Shown here: one piece after another, positions 17,450-26,543 of the stretch
Position numbering within the stretch: the stretch's first letter is position 1
How the letters are laid out: every line of letters begins with the position of its first letter
Notes under the pieces: generated by a model
Databases searched by the model: none
Told to the model about the DNA's origin: nothing
What the model saw: the letters and a program-made list of their open reading frames with translations, nothing else
Program-made: the position numbers and the translations under genes
DNA from: Candidatus Sumerlaeota bacterium
GTDB lineage: Bacteria > Sumerlaeota > Sumerlaeia > Sumerlaeales > Sumerlaeaceae
DNA length: 64,000 nucleotides
Direction: 5' to 3'
Assembly (NCBI GenBank): GCA_026398535.1
Contig: JAPLSQ010000031.1
Span: 4,165-68,164, forward strand

Positions 17450-19048
17450 ATGAAGGTTTTTCGGTATGTGCTGGCAGCTTTTCTTGTGCAGATGGTTTCA
17501 TCCTTGGCGCTTGCCGCCAATTTGCTGGTCCCCGGCAGTTACGCGACGATTCAGGGAGCAGTGGATGCCGCCGCGAACACCGGCGACGAGGTTCATGTGA
17601 CTGTTGCCGCAACGTATGACGAGTATGTGATAGTAAGCGGCAGCAAGGATTTGAAAATCGTGGGCGATGTCGCCGGGGTGATCGTCGCCTCCATCGGCCT
17701 CAATGATTCCGCGCAACTCACACTCGACAACATCACCGTCACGAACAAGACGGCCAGGAACAACGGTGATGGCGTGAATCAAAGGTCCACCGGACTGCTC
17801 ACGCTCACGAATTCCGCGGTTTCCGGCTGCAATCTCCGCGGGCTTGTGCATGAAAGCGGCGGCAACATCATCATGACGAATTCGTCGCTGACCGGCAACT
17901 CTTTTGACGGATACGACCGCACGGGCAGCAGCGGTGGCGGTCTGACGGCATCGGGTGGTTGTGTCATCGCGAACAACAACCGCGCCGGACTCATGTTTGA
18001 GGGCGGCGACACAATGACAGCCAATATTTCCGATACGGAAATCAGAGGCAACAACATCGGCATTTATGTGGCGGGCTCCACGAATTTGTCAATCGCGATC
18101 AACTCCTCCCTGTTGCTCAATAATAAACAGGATCAGATGCTCTTGGCCAAACAGGTTCAACTGACCATGGATAATGTGACGCTGCAACACACCTCGTCGC
18201 CCAGTTTCGCGGGCGGAATTCGATTTGACAGCGGCGCCGGAACCGCCACTTCCAGCAGTGTCGTGGCCTCCAACTGCCAGTTCCTGTGCCCCTACAATAA
18301 AAACTGCTTCTGGGTGTTCCACCCGGTCAGCATCAATGCTGTCAATTGCGTCTTCAGCGGGTTTTCTTGCGCCTTTGAAGTGAACGAGCAGGTGGCCGTT
18401 GATTTGACGAGTTGCACGGTCGCCAACACGTTCAATGTGCCGGTCTCGATTAACGGCTACGATGGCGATCCGGTCAGGACGTTTACCGCCAACCGCTGCC
18501 GGCTCACCGGCGGTTCCGCGCCGTTTAATTTGCTCAACGCGGTGGCCACCGAGGCCCGGCTGACGAATTGTGTGTTTGAGGGAGGCGACGTCCAGGTTTG
18601 GTCGCAGGGCGATCAATCGATGTTCGATGCGCGCAACTGCACCTTCGCGGGCGACGTCATCACCACAGCGGCGATGTTCATCCGGCGCGACAACACACTG
18701 AGCCTGCTGGCCAACTGCATCATAGACAATACTTACAATGGTGTGAGCGGCGACACGGGCGTGACGCTGAACAATCACAACAACATGGTGCGGGCGCTCA
18801 ACCAGAACTTCGTCGGCATCACGCCGGGCGGTTCAACAATCCTGGATACCAATCCGCAGTTCGTGCAGGCCAGCAGCGGACCCGGAACCGGCAACTTCCA
18901 CCTGAAGCCCATTTCACCCGCCATCGGCGCGGGCGACAACACACTGGGCGTCACCGTTGACTATGACAACATTCCCCGCGGCGCAACCAATGACATGGGC
19001 GCCTATAAGGGCCCGGTGTCTGACGTGCGCGATTGGGTTATCTATTAA
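17450..19048 (+). CDS. Secreted right-handed parallel beta-helix (pectin lyase-like) protein with C-terminal W-x-x-Y tail
   Basis: Signal peptide MKVFRYVLAAFLVQMVSSLALA, VPGSYATIQGAVDAA, N/C-rich beta-helix repeats, FHLKPISPAIGAG...DMGAY anchor-like segment, ends SDVRDWVIY. Confidence 0.8.
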   Translation: MKVFRYVLAAFLVQMVSSLALAANLLVPGSYATIQGAVDAAANTGDEVHVTVAATYDEYVIVSGSKDLKIVGDVAGVIVASIGLNDSAQLTLDNITVTNKTARNNGDGVNQRSTGLLTLTNSAVSGCNLRGLVHESGGNIIMTNSSLTGNSFDGYDRTGSSGGGLTASGGCVIANNNRAGLMFEGGDTMTANISDTEIRGNNIGIYVAGSTNLSIAINSSLLLNNKQDQMLLAKQVQLTMDNVTLQHTSSPSFAGGIRFDSGAGTATSSSVVASNCQFLCPYNKNCFWVFHPVSINAVNCVFSGFSCAFEVNEQVAVDLTSCTVANTFNVPVSINGYDGDPVRTFTANRCRLTGGSAPFNLLNAVATEARLTNCVFEGGDVQVWSQGDQSMFDARNCTFAGDVITTAAMFIRRDNTLSLLANCIIDNTYNGVSGDTGVTLNNHNNMVRALNQNFVGITPGGSTILDTNPQFVQASSGPGTGNFHLKPISPAIGAGDNTLGVTVDYDNIPRGATNDMGAYKGPVSDVRDWVIY

Positions 19049-19209
19049 TATCGCCCCCGGCATATAAAGCTTGAGGACATGGATCAATAGCCTCATGTGG
19101 CGGCAAAGGTTGCTTGTTCAGACGTCAGCCCATCGGCCTCGCGCGCGAATGAGCAGCCTGCCCCGCATGAGGAATCTGTATGGAATATATGGCAAAAGGA
19201 GAAGATGCC

Positions 19210-19803
19210 ATGCGCAACAATTTATCCCTATCGGCAACAAGGCGGGGATTCACCCTGATCGAGTTGCTGATTGTCGTGGCAATTATCGCCATTCTGGCGG
19301 CCATTGCCGTGCCCAATTTCCTGGAGGCACAGACACGCTCCAAAGTCAGCAGGGTCAAAAGCGACATGCGGGCGCTGGCCGTGGCTTTGGAGTCATACTA
19401 CAGCGACTACAATTGCTACCTCATCGATGCCAACCATTACGTCAACTACTACCCGACCGTGACGCCGATGGATTGGACTCATATCAGGGTTTACAGGCCT
19501 CTTTCCACGCCGGTCGCATACATCACATCAATCCCCATCGACACTTATTTTAATCCGAAATGGGATCTCAATCGCCACTACTTTAATTATCACAACTGGG
19601 ACAAATGGGAACGGGAAAACCTGAGCGATCCGCGCATGCAGGGGGGATCATGGTACAACGAGGGCATCAGGCAGGATTGGTGCATGTACAGCATGGGACC
19701 CAACATGGTGTGGGAGGGCGCGGATTGGTATCCGATCACCATGCAGTATGACCCAACCAACGGCACCGTCAGCTACGGCGATATCAGCCGCTGGGGGCCA
19801 TAG
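19210..19803 (+). CDS. Prepilin-type N-terminal cleavage/methylation domain protein (pseudopilin-like)
   Basis: RRG|FTLIELLIVVAIIAILAAIAVP class III signal; C-terminal YSMGP...YDPTNGTVSYGDI; AAGGAG RBS. Confidence 0.9.
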   Translation: MRNNLSLSATRRGFTLIELLIVVAIIAILAAIAVPNFLEAQTRSKVSRVKSDMRALAVALESYYSDYNCYLIDANHYVNYYPTVTPMDWTHIRVYRPLSTPVAYITSIPIDTYFNPKWDLNRHYFNYHNWDKWERENLSDPRMQGGSWYNEGIRQDWCMYSMGPNMVWEGADWYPITMQYDPTNGTVSYGDISRWGP

Positions 19804-19886
19804 TCGGAAATCATTCACTTTCCAGCCTGTGAAATTGTTGTCAAGCGCCAGCGCCTTGTTATGGACGCATTACACAAATCGTACAC

Positions 19887-21017
19887 ATGAAAAACACACT
19901 TGATCAGCTTGCCGTCTGGCTGAAGCGTTTTGAGCGCGAATATGCCGCTCAATCCGCCGCGGCTGCTGCTGGGAGTTCGTCCCCTTTGGCCGGCAAACTT
20001 CACATCAATATCGAGCGGTCCCTCTGGAGCAAACTGCTTGGCGAACCGCTTGGTCAATATTACGCGCCCCGGCCAGATCCTGCGCGCCAGATTTGCTTCC
20101 AACTGCGCATTCAACTTTTTTGCGGCGAACATTTTCCGCTCTGCGCCGCCCCGCTGCAACGCTTCGTCTTTCCGGATTTCGGATTGACGCTCCTGCCCAG
20201 TCTGTTCGGCGCGCGCCTCATCTATCGCGAAGAGATCGAACCGGCGTGGGAGAACAAAGCGCTCATCGGCGATGATGGGAAACTGCCGGCTTGCCTGCCC
20301 GACTTTGAGCATTCAGGGCTCATGCCGAACGCGCTGGACTGCTTTCGGCGCATGCGCGAACTGCTGGGCGCGGAGTGGCAGATCGGTTTTCCCGATTGGT
20401 GCCGCGGACCACTCGGAACGACCGCCTATTTGCGGGGCGATGAAAACATGCTCACCGACCTGTTGACTGATCCCGGATTTGCCCGGCGCGTTATGGAGTA
20501 CGCTTTGCGGGCGCGTTTTGACTGGCTCAATAAACGCGCGCGTTTTCTGGGTCAGAATTCCCCCGGACCGGCCGTTCTTTTCAACGACGATGTTTCCGCG
20601 GGCAACCTCTCACCCCAAACCTATCGCAAACAGGTGTTCCCGCACGAAAAGCAGTGTCATGAATTTCACGAGGGCAGGATTGGCTATCACAGTTGCGGCA
20701 ACCTTACACCGTTCCTCAAGGATATCAGGTCGCTCGGTCCGCTTGAGTTTTTCCATGTATCCCCCTGGACCGATCTGGATGAAGCCGTCAAAGTCTTTCA
20801 TCCGGACACACGCTTGTTTGTGGCGCTCCATCCCATGCGCGACGTGCTCGGCGCTACAGGCGGGGAAACGCGCAAGCGTTTGCGAACAATCAGGGAGCGA
20901 TGCTCGGGCGGCCCTTTCACTGTGCTGATGACGGAATTGATGAGTTGCGGCGCCCCTGCCGAGGATCTGGCAGCCATCCAGCGCGCCGTGGAGATCGCGG
21001 CGGAAGTCTTGTGTTGA
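19887..21017 (+). CDS. Uroporphyrinogen decarboxylase / MtaA-CmuA-like family protein
   Basis: GPLGTTAYLRG.E.ML.DL..DP, DD....LSP..YR..VFP, YHSCG. Confidence 0.75.
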   Translation: MKNTLDQLAVWLKRFEREYAAQSAAAAAGSSSPLAGKLHINIERSLWSKLLGEPLGQYYAPRPDPARQICFQLRIQLFCGEHFPLCAAPLQRFVFPDFGLTLLPSLFGARLIYREEIEPAWENKALIGDDGKLPACLPDFEHSGLMPNALDCFRRMRELLGAEWQIGFPDWCRGPLGTTAYLRGDENMLTDLLTDPGFARRVMEYALRARFDWLNKRARFLGQNSPGPAVLFNDDVSAGNLSPQTYRKQVFPHEKQCHEFHEGRIGYHSCGNLTPFLKDIRSLGPLEFFHVSPWTDLDEAVKVFHPDTRLFVALHPMRDVLGATGGETRKRLRTIRERCSGGPFTVLMTELMSCGAPAEDLAAIQRAVEIAAEVLC

Positions 21018-21078
21018 ACGATAATATGGGCCCGGCTCAATCTCACGAACAAAACATCCATCATGAAGGAGAAGGTTA

Positions 21079-24000
21079 ATGCAAATGAAGAACCCGGCAG
21101 ATGAGCTTCAAAAAATCACCCTGAGCGGTGATGACTGGTTTATCCATGATGATCCCAACGGCGAAGGGATTGCTTCGGGCCTATGCGAGGCCGAATTATC
21201 CGGCTCCGGCTGGATTCGCGCCACAGTACCCGGCAATATTCAGGCCGATCTGGAGTCTGCCCATCTTCTTAAACCAACCTGGTACGGGGAAGGCGATCCG
21301 CTTTTGTGGGATGTGGCGCGCAAGGATTGGTGGTACCGCAAAGATTTCACTGTTCCCGAATCCTTCCAGGATAAGCGCGCCGTGATCATCTTCGATGGCG
21401 CCGACTTTGAATGCGAGGTTTGGTTGAATGGCGACCGTCTTGGTTCTCACGCGGGCATGTTCCGGCGCTTCTGGTATGACATTACCGGAGCGATCCGGCC
21501 GGGGCAGAAGAACCGGTTGGCGGTCCGTATTGCGAGGATGCCGGAGGAGCTTCTGCCGTTCCTGAAAAACTCCGATGGCAAAATGAGCGGCGCTGAAACA
21601 GAGTTCTTCTTTGTCTATGCGAACAACAAGATACGCCGGGTGCTCAAGGACCTGAAAAGTCCCGCCAACTGCAGTTACGACTGGGGAACGAATATCTACA
21701 CCCTGGGCATCTGGAAGGATGTCCGCATCGAAGCGTCGCGGACAGCGCGCATTGAATGGGCTCATGTGCAGACGGAACTGAAGGATGATTATTCCAAAGC
21801 GATCGTTCATGCGATGTTGGATGTTGACAGTCTTTCCGGGGTGAAAACCGAGGTTGCCTTTACCGTCAAGGGGCCTGACGGACAGACCGTGACAGCGATC
21901 ACCAACTCCGCATTGAAAAATGGGAGAAACACTGTCACGGCGCGGATCGAACTGCCCAATCCTTCACTGTGGTGGCCTGCCGGATATGGCGGGCAGCCGC
22001 TGTACGAGCTCGAGTCAACGCTCAAAGACACAGGCAGCGGCGTCGTCCTCGACACGAAGACCGTGCGCTTTGGCGTGCGTGAAATTCGATGGGAGCAGGT
22101 TGAGGGCGCGCCGCCCGATTTCCTTAACCCCTATCGGCTTGTGCTTAATGGAAAGACCATCCGCACAATGGGCTCAAACCTGGTTTCACCGGATCTCCTT
22201 TTTGGCCGCAACGCGAAGCGCGGGCCATGGTTCATTCATGTCGCAAAGTTCTCCGGCATGAACACGCTTCGTTTGCATGGCGGCGGTGTCGTTCTCCCGG
22301 AAAATATGTATGATCTGGCTGACGAGCTTGGCGTGATGATCTCGCACGAGTTTCCCGTCGCCAACTGTGTTCAGGAATCCGATCCCGTCTTTCTGGAAAA
22401 CCTGGAGGCAACCTGCCGGAATATCATCAGGCAGGTGCGCAACCATCCATGCATCATCGAATATTCGGGCGGGAACGAGTTGAACTGGAAAGCGACGGAT
22501 GACTATGCCGCGCTCCACGTCATGGAAAGGGTGACCGCCGGGGAAGACAACCGGTTGTTCCGCGCCACCTGCCCCATGCAAGGCTCCCGGCATTCGCCAT
22601 GGCATTATGACCGCAAGATCACTTACACGCATTATGACAACGAGAACCTGAACGACAATTTTGAGCAGAACCGCCTGATGCGCTATGGCGAGTTTGGCAC
22701 TCAGTCGCCGGCAAACATCGAAGTCTGGCATCGCGACATTCCGCCAGCTTCCCAGTGGCCCATCGACGGGGTGGATGACCCGGTCCTGATCCGCAAAAAC
22801 GTGGTGCAGGCCGTCTTCAGCGATGAATTCTGGCTGACGCGGGAGATTGTGGAGGATTTGTTCGGTTTGTCAAACAGCCTTGAGATGCTCATCAAGGCCG
22901 GGCAGTTCATCGGCGCCGAGGGATTGCGTTACACAATGGATGCTATGCGCCGCCGCGGCGCCCGGCTCGGCGGATTCACCAACTGGGATTACAACGAGCC
23001 ATGGCCAAACGGGGCGGGCAGTTACATCGTCGATTATGACGGCCGAACCCTGATGAATTTCGACTTTTTCAAACAAGCGCTCGCGCCCGTCTGCCTCAAC
23101 ATCAAGCAGACGGAAATCCTGTATGATCCTGATGAGGGGCTGACAGTGGAGTTCTGGCTGGTCAGCGACGCCCCGCAACCTGTGCAAGACCTTCGTTGGC
23201 GATGGCTTGCTCGCGACCGCCGCGGCGATGTGTTTGCCAGGGAACAGGGCGATTTCGCGATCAAACCGCTCGAAACAATCAACCTCGGCAAAGTGACGCT
23301 GAAACCGCCCGCCAAGACCGCTTTCGGCCCCCTGTTCCTGGAACTCCAAATCGTGGATTCGAACGGCCAAATACTCGCGGAGCGCATGCACATCTTCGGG
23401 CGATCAGGAGTTCACGGCGCCCTTTCCGGATTATTAAAAAATCATGCGCCTGACAGGGATGACGATGAGCCCGGCTCATTGAACAATCTCGATAATCCCG
23501 CCAATCCGCTCAATTTGGCTTATGCCGGCAACGGCGCTGTCATCACCGCGTCTTCTGGCGCCGAGTGTGCGGACTTCGATCCTCTGGAGGGACTGATTGA
23601 CGGCAAATATGGGCCGACCCGGATATGGAATGGAACACAACCAAAGTCATGGTTCCAGATCGATCTGGGCAAAGTGGCCGTGGTGGGCCGCTTCAAACTG
23701 GGGCGCGACCGGCACGGCCACCTCAAGGACAGAACTCTTGACTATTTGAAAATTGAAACATCGCTGGACGGACAGAACTGGCAAACGGCCTTTGAGGCGC
23801 ACCGGCTTGCGGCGCTGGCAGGGGACTGTCAGCCCCCAAGCCACGAAGGCGCGTGGCTGCCGATCGTCAAACAGCTTGCAGAATACCTGGATTACAGGCC
23901 GACATGGACGATGGAGGTTTTCACGCAACCGCTGCGCGCGCGTCATGTCAGAACGACCATTGCCCCCAAACCAGGCAGGACGAAATATGCCGCCCTTGAT

Positions 24001-24849
24001 GAATTTGAGGTTTACCCGCCGGATGATACTATTGCGGGAAGTTTTCCGCGGTTCATCTTTACCGATGCCAATGAGCTCGCCCGCCCTGTCAAGCGCGCCA
24101 CACTGAATGTGACGGCAAAATCCGCGCGTCTCGAAGGCGATCAGGAAATACTGGAACTGGCGGTTGAGAACCGGGGGACAATGACCACGCTTTTCTGCGA
24201 ACCGCATCCTATGCTCAATTACCGGACTGACCTGCTCATTGAGAATAAAAATGTCTGCATTCCGCCCAGCGAGCTTCGAACCATCACGATCCGCGGTCCG
24301 CGAAATCCCGCGCAGGGATTGACGCTCGCGCAAACCGGTTGGCGTCTTGCCTCATGGAACGCCGACGATGTCATCATTGCTCCCAGCGATGATGTCTTAC
24401 TTGCCTTTGGGCGTCAGGACGCGATGACGCGGGAATTTATGGGTTATGACAAATCATCAACTCCTGCGTTAAATGTTGAAACCACCGTTACCGGTTCACG
24501 ACCTGATGCTTTCGAAATCCCATATCTGCTTGATCAGTTGGGAGTTCTCCGCATCGAATTCCCTGTCCCGGACAGGTGGGCGGGGCGTGCCGCGCGTCTG
24601 CGCATCCACACAGCGGACCGCTCGCGCATGCCAGTAAATGTCAGGGTCTCCATCAATGGACAAACGTTTATGAAGGAATTGCCCGGCGGTCTTGGAATTC
24701 AGGATCAGAATCCCGCCCATCTGGCCTATCCCGCAACCATGGAAATCGCGTTTCCGGCAGGCGTGCTCCATACCGGTCCCAACACAATGGAGATACGAGT
24801 GAGCGGGGGCTGGATGTCTTGGGATGCGCTGGACATGGTCGCCTTGTAA
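21079..24849 (+). CDS. GH2 glycoside hydrolase (beta-mannosidase-like) with extra discoidin/CBM-like domains
   Basis: ATVPG, WWYRK.F, FDGAD...VWLNG, YDWG, GIWKDV, LWWP.GYG.QPLY, RNHPCI..YSGGNE (acid/base), YGEFG (nucleophile); WFQIDLG discoidin-like segment; no signal peptide. Confidence 0.85.
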   Translation: MQMKNPADELQKITLSGDDWFIHDDPNGEGIASGLCEAELSGSGWIRATVPGNIQADLESAHLLKPTWYGEGDPLLWDVARKDWWYRKDFTVPESFQDKRAVIIFDGADFECEVWLNGDRLGSHAGMFRRFWYDITGAIRPGQKNRLAVRIARMPEELLPFLKNSDGKMSGAETEFFFVYANNKIRRVLKDLKSPANCSYDWGTNIYTLGIWKDVRIEASRTARIEWAHVQTELKDDYSKAIVHAMLDVDSLSGVKTEVAFTVKGPDGQTVTAITNSALKNGRNTVTARIELPNPSLWWPAGYGGQPLYELESTLKDTGSGVVLDTKTVRFGVREIRWEQVEGAPPDFLNPYRLVLNGKTIRTMGSNLVSPDLLFGRNAKRGPWFIHVAKFSGMNTLRLHGGGVVLPENMYDLADELGVMISHEFPVANCVQESDPVFLENLEATCRNIIRQVRNHPCIIEYSGGNELNWKATDDYAALHVMERVTAGEDNRLFRATCPMQGSRHSPWHYDRKITYTHYDNENLNDNFEQNRLMRYGEFGTQSPANIEVWHRDIPPASQWPIDGVDDPVLIRKNVVQAVFSDEFWLTREIVEDLFGLSNSLEMLIKAGQFIGAEGLRYTMDAMRRRGARLGGFTNWDYNEPWPNGAGSYIVDYDGRTLMNFDFFKQALAPVCLNIKQTEILYDPDEGLTVEFWLVSDAPQPVQDLRWRWLARDRRGDVFAREQGDFAIKPLETINLGKVTLKPPAKTAFGPLFLELQIVDSNGQILAERMHIFGRSGVHGALSGLLKNHAPDRDDDEPGSLNNLDNPANPLNLAYAGNGAVITASSGAECADFDPLEGLIDGKYGPTRIWNGTQPKSWFQIDLGKVAVVGRFKLGRDRHGHLKDRTLDYLKIETSLDGQNWQTAFEAHRLAALAGDCQPPSHEGAWLPIVKQLAEYLDYRPTWTMEVFTQPLRARHVRTTIAPKPGRTKYAALDEFEVYPPDDTIAGSFPRFIFTDANELARPVKRATLNVTAKSARLEGDQEILELAVENRGTMTTLFCEPHPMLNYRTDLLIENKNVCIPPSELRTITIRGPRNPAQGLTLAQTGWRLASWNADDVIIAPSDDVLLAFGRQDAMTREFMGYDKSSTPALNVETTVTGSRPDAFEIPYLLDQLGVLRIEFPVPDRWAGRAARLRIHTADRSRMPVNVRVSINGQTFMKELPGGLGIQDQNPAHLAYPATMEIAFPAGVLHTGPNTMEIRVSGGWMSWDALDMVAL

Positions 24850-24885
24850 CTCAAATTGCGCAAATCTGCAAAGAAGTTCGCCCGA

Positions 24886-26043
24886 TTACGGTAAAATAAG
24901 CGCCTGTGATGCGACGCTGTCAGCGTGGCTCAATGCGCTGCGGCAGGCCGCGGTGCTGGATCGAATGATGAGTTCGGGCGCAAGACTGCGGGTTTCCCTC
25001 TCGGCGGTTCCAGTTCCATGAAGCCTTGCCAGCAACAGATCGACCGCTGTTTGCCCGATGTCGTTGACGGGCTGTCTGACAGTTGTGAGAGGAATTTCGA
25101 GGTGGGAGGACAGTTCGAGATCATCAAAGCCGACGACGGACAGTTCGCCGGGGCATTCCACGTCCAGTTTTCTTGCGGCGCGCATCACTCCCACCGCCGC
25201 CAGATCGTTTGAGCAGACAATCGCCGTGGGCGGCTCGCGGAGCGACAGCAATGTGTAACCGGCGTTCTCGCCGCCGTCGTCGTCCGGCAGGTGGCTGACC
25301 TGAAGCAAAGGCGGCGAAAAGTCTAATCCCCGTTCCGCAAGCAGTTCCTGGAACGCCTGCATTCTTTCGCGGACGCCTTGGGTGAGAATCTGGCAGCATG
25401 CGAAACCGATGCGTTTGTGACCGAGACTCGTCAGATGGTCCAGGACGAGTTCCATGCCCAGCCGGTTGTTGGTTTCCACATAATCAAAACCTTCATGGGA
25501 CGATTTGCCGTCGACAAAGACGATGGGTATCCGCCTTTTCAGAACCCCCGAGAATTGAAAACTGAAATGCTCGCTGATTGTGGGGCTTGTGATGATGCCA
25601 GCCACATTTTGCCGAAGCGCCAGATCAACGACATGATACGCCCTGGAAGGATCGGCTTCCAGTGAATACATGGTGATGGCGTAGCCTTGGCGGTTGGCAT
25701 GGGTCTGGATGACATGCGCCAATCCCGAAAAGAACTGATGCCGGACATCAGGAAGCAACAAACCGATGATTCGCTCCTTGTGCGATTGATGACCGTCCGG
25801 GACGAAAACGCCAATGCCACGTTTACGCGACAGTGTGCCTTCTTTGATCAGACTTCCCACCGACTGTTGAATGGTGATCATGCTGACTTTGGTCAGCTTG
25901 ACCAGTTCGTTGTAGGAAGGCAACTGGTGTCCGGGTTTCCACTCGCCCGATTCGATTTTCGCCCTGATCGCCTTCGTTATCTGCACATGGAGCGGTTCGT
26001 CCAAATGCCGATTGATCACAATATCCCAATCATTGATTGTCAT
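24886..26043 (-). CDS. GntR-HTH / LacI-type regulator, paralog of 16086..17261
   Basis: EPLHVQI..W.PG..LPS, RKRGIGVFV, GHKRIGF, PTAIVCSND, SVVGFDD, LTTVRQP. Confidence 0.92.
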   Translation of the reverse strand: MTINDWDIVINRHLDEPLHVQITKAIRAKIESGEWKPGHQLPSYNELVKLTKVSMITIQQSVGSLIKEGTLSRKRGIGVFVPDGHQSHKERIIGLLLPDVRHQFFSGLAHVIQTHANRQGYAITMYSLEADPSRAYHVVDLALRQNVAGIITSPTISEHFSFQFSGVLKRRIPIVFVDGKSSHEGFDYVETNNRLGMELVLDHLTSLGHKRIGFACCQILTQGVRERMQAFQELLAERGLDFSPPLLQVSHLPDDDGGENAGYTLLSLREPPTAIVCSNDLAAVGVMRAARKLDVECPGELSVVGFDDLELSSHLEIPLTTVRQPVNDIGQTAVDLLLARLHGTGTAERETRSLAPELIIRSSTAACRSALSHADSVASQALILP

Positions 26044-26048
26044 GACTG

Positions 26049-26071
26049 CCTTAACCTGAACCTTAACCTGA
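26049..26071 (-). repeat. Tandem direct repeat CCTTAACCTGA x2 just upstream of the regulator start
   Basis: Copies at 26049-26059 and 26061-26071; on the minus strand the proximal copy supplies the AAGG RBS. Confidence 0.6.
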
Positions 26072-26254
26072 TATTGTCTATTGAAATCCGTGCGGGCTAT
26101 CTTGGAATCGCATTATATTAAATGTTTATGGCGACCGCACTATTTAATACATATATACGCAATTATTTCTTGAATTCATGGGGGGAGGCCGCATGCTGGC
26201 ATGACTGTGCCGTCCATGATTGTCATGTTCCTCGTTTCCCAAGGGAGCTTGGCA

Positions 26255-26272
26255 TGTCATGCTTACATGAAA
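26255..26272. promoter_or_regulatory. Candidate operator TGTCAT-N6-ATGAAA
   Basis: Matches the 15991 palindrome with one mismatch; lies in a 500-bp divergent promoter region. Confidence 0.45.
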
Positions 26273-26543
26273 ATTATATATTGGCATGCAAACACACGGT
26301 TTATCCCCGGGAATAATGTGTTTCAGCGTCGGGCAATGGCATTTTATTCTTGACTCAATCCCAATATCATCCGAGCACTACGCACATGAAGTTCATGATA
26401 GTGTTGGGTTTCACCAATGTTTCCATTGTTTATGTATAAACCTCAATTTTGATGATGCTTGATCGGCTCAATGAAAGCCGGTGGCTGTTGGTTGCGGGCT
26501 TTTATTGAGGTCGATGGGAGTCTTGCGATAAGGAGAATGAAAG

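Noticed and set aside
19210..19803. Type II secretion or type IV pilus operon
   Set aside because: Only one pilin-like gene; no ATPase, platform, secretin or peptidase gene nearby
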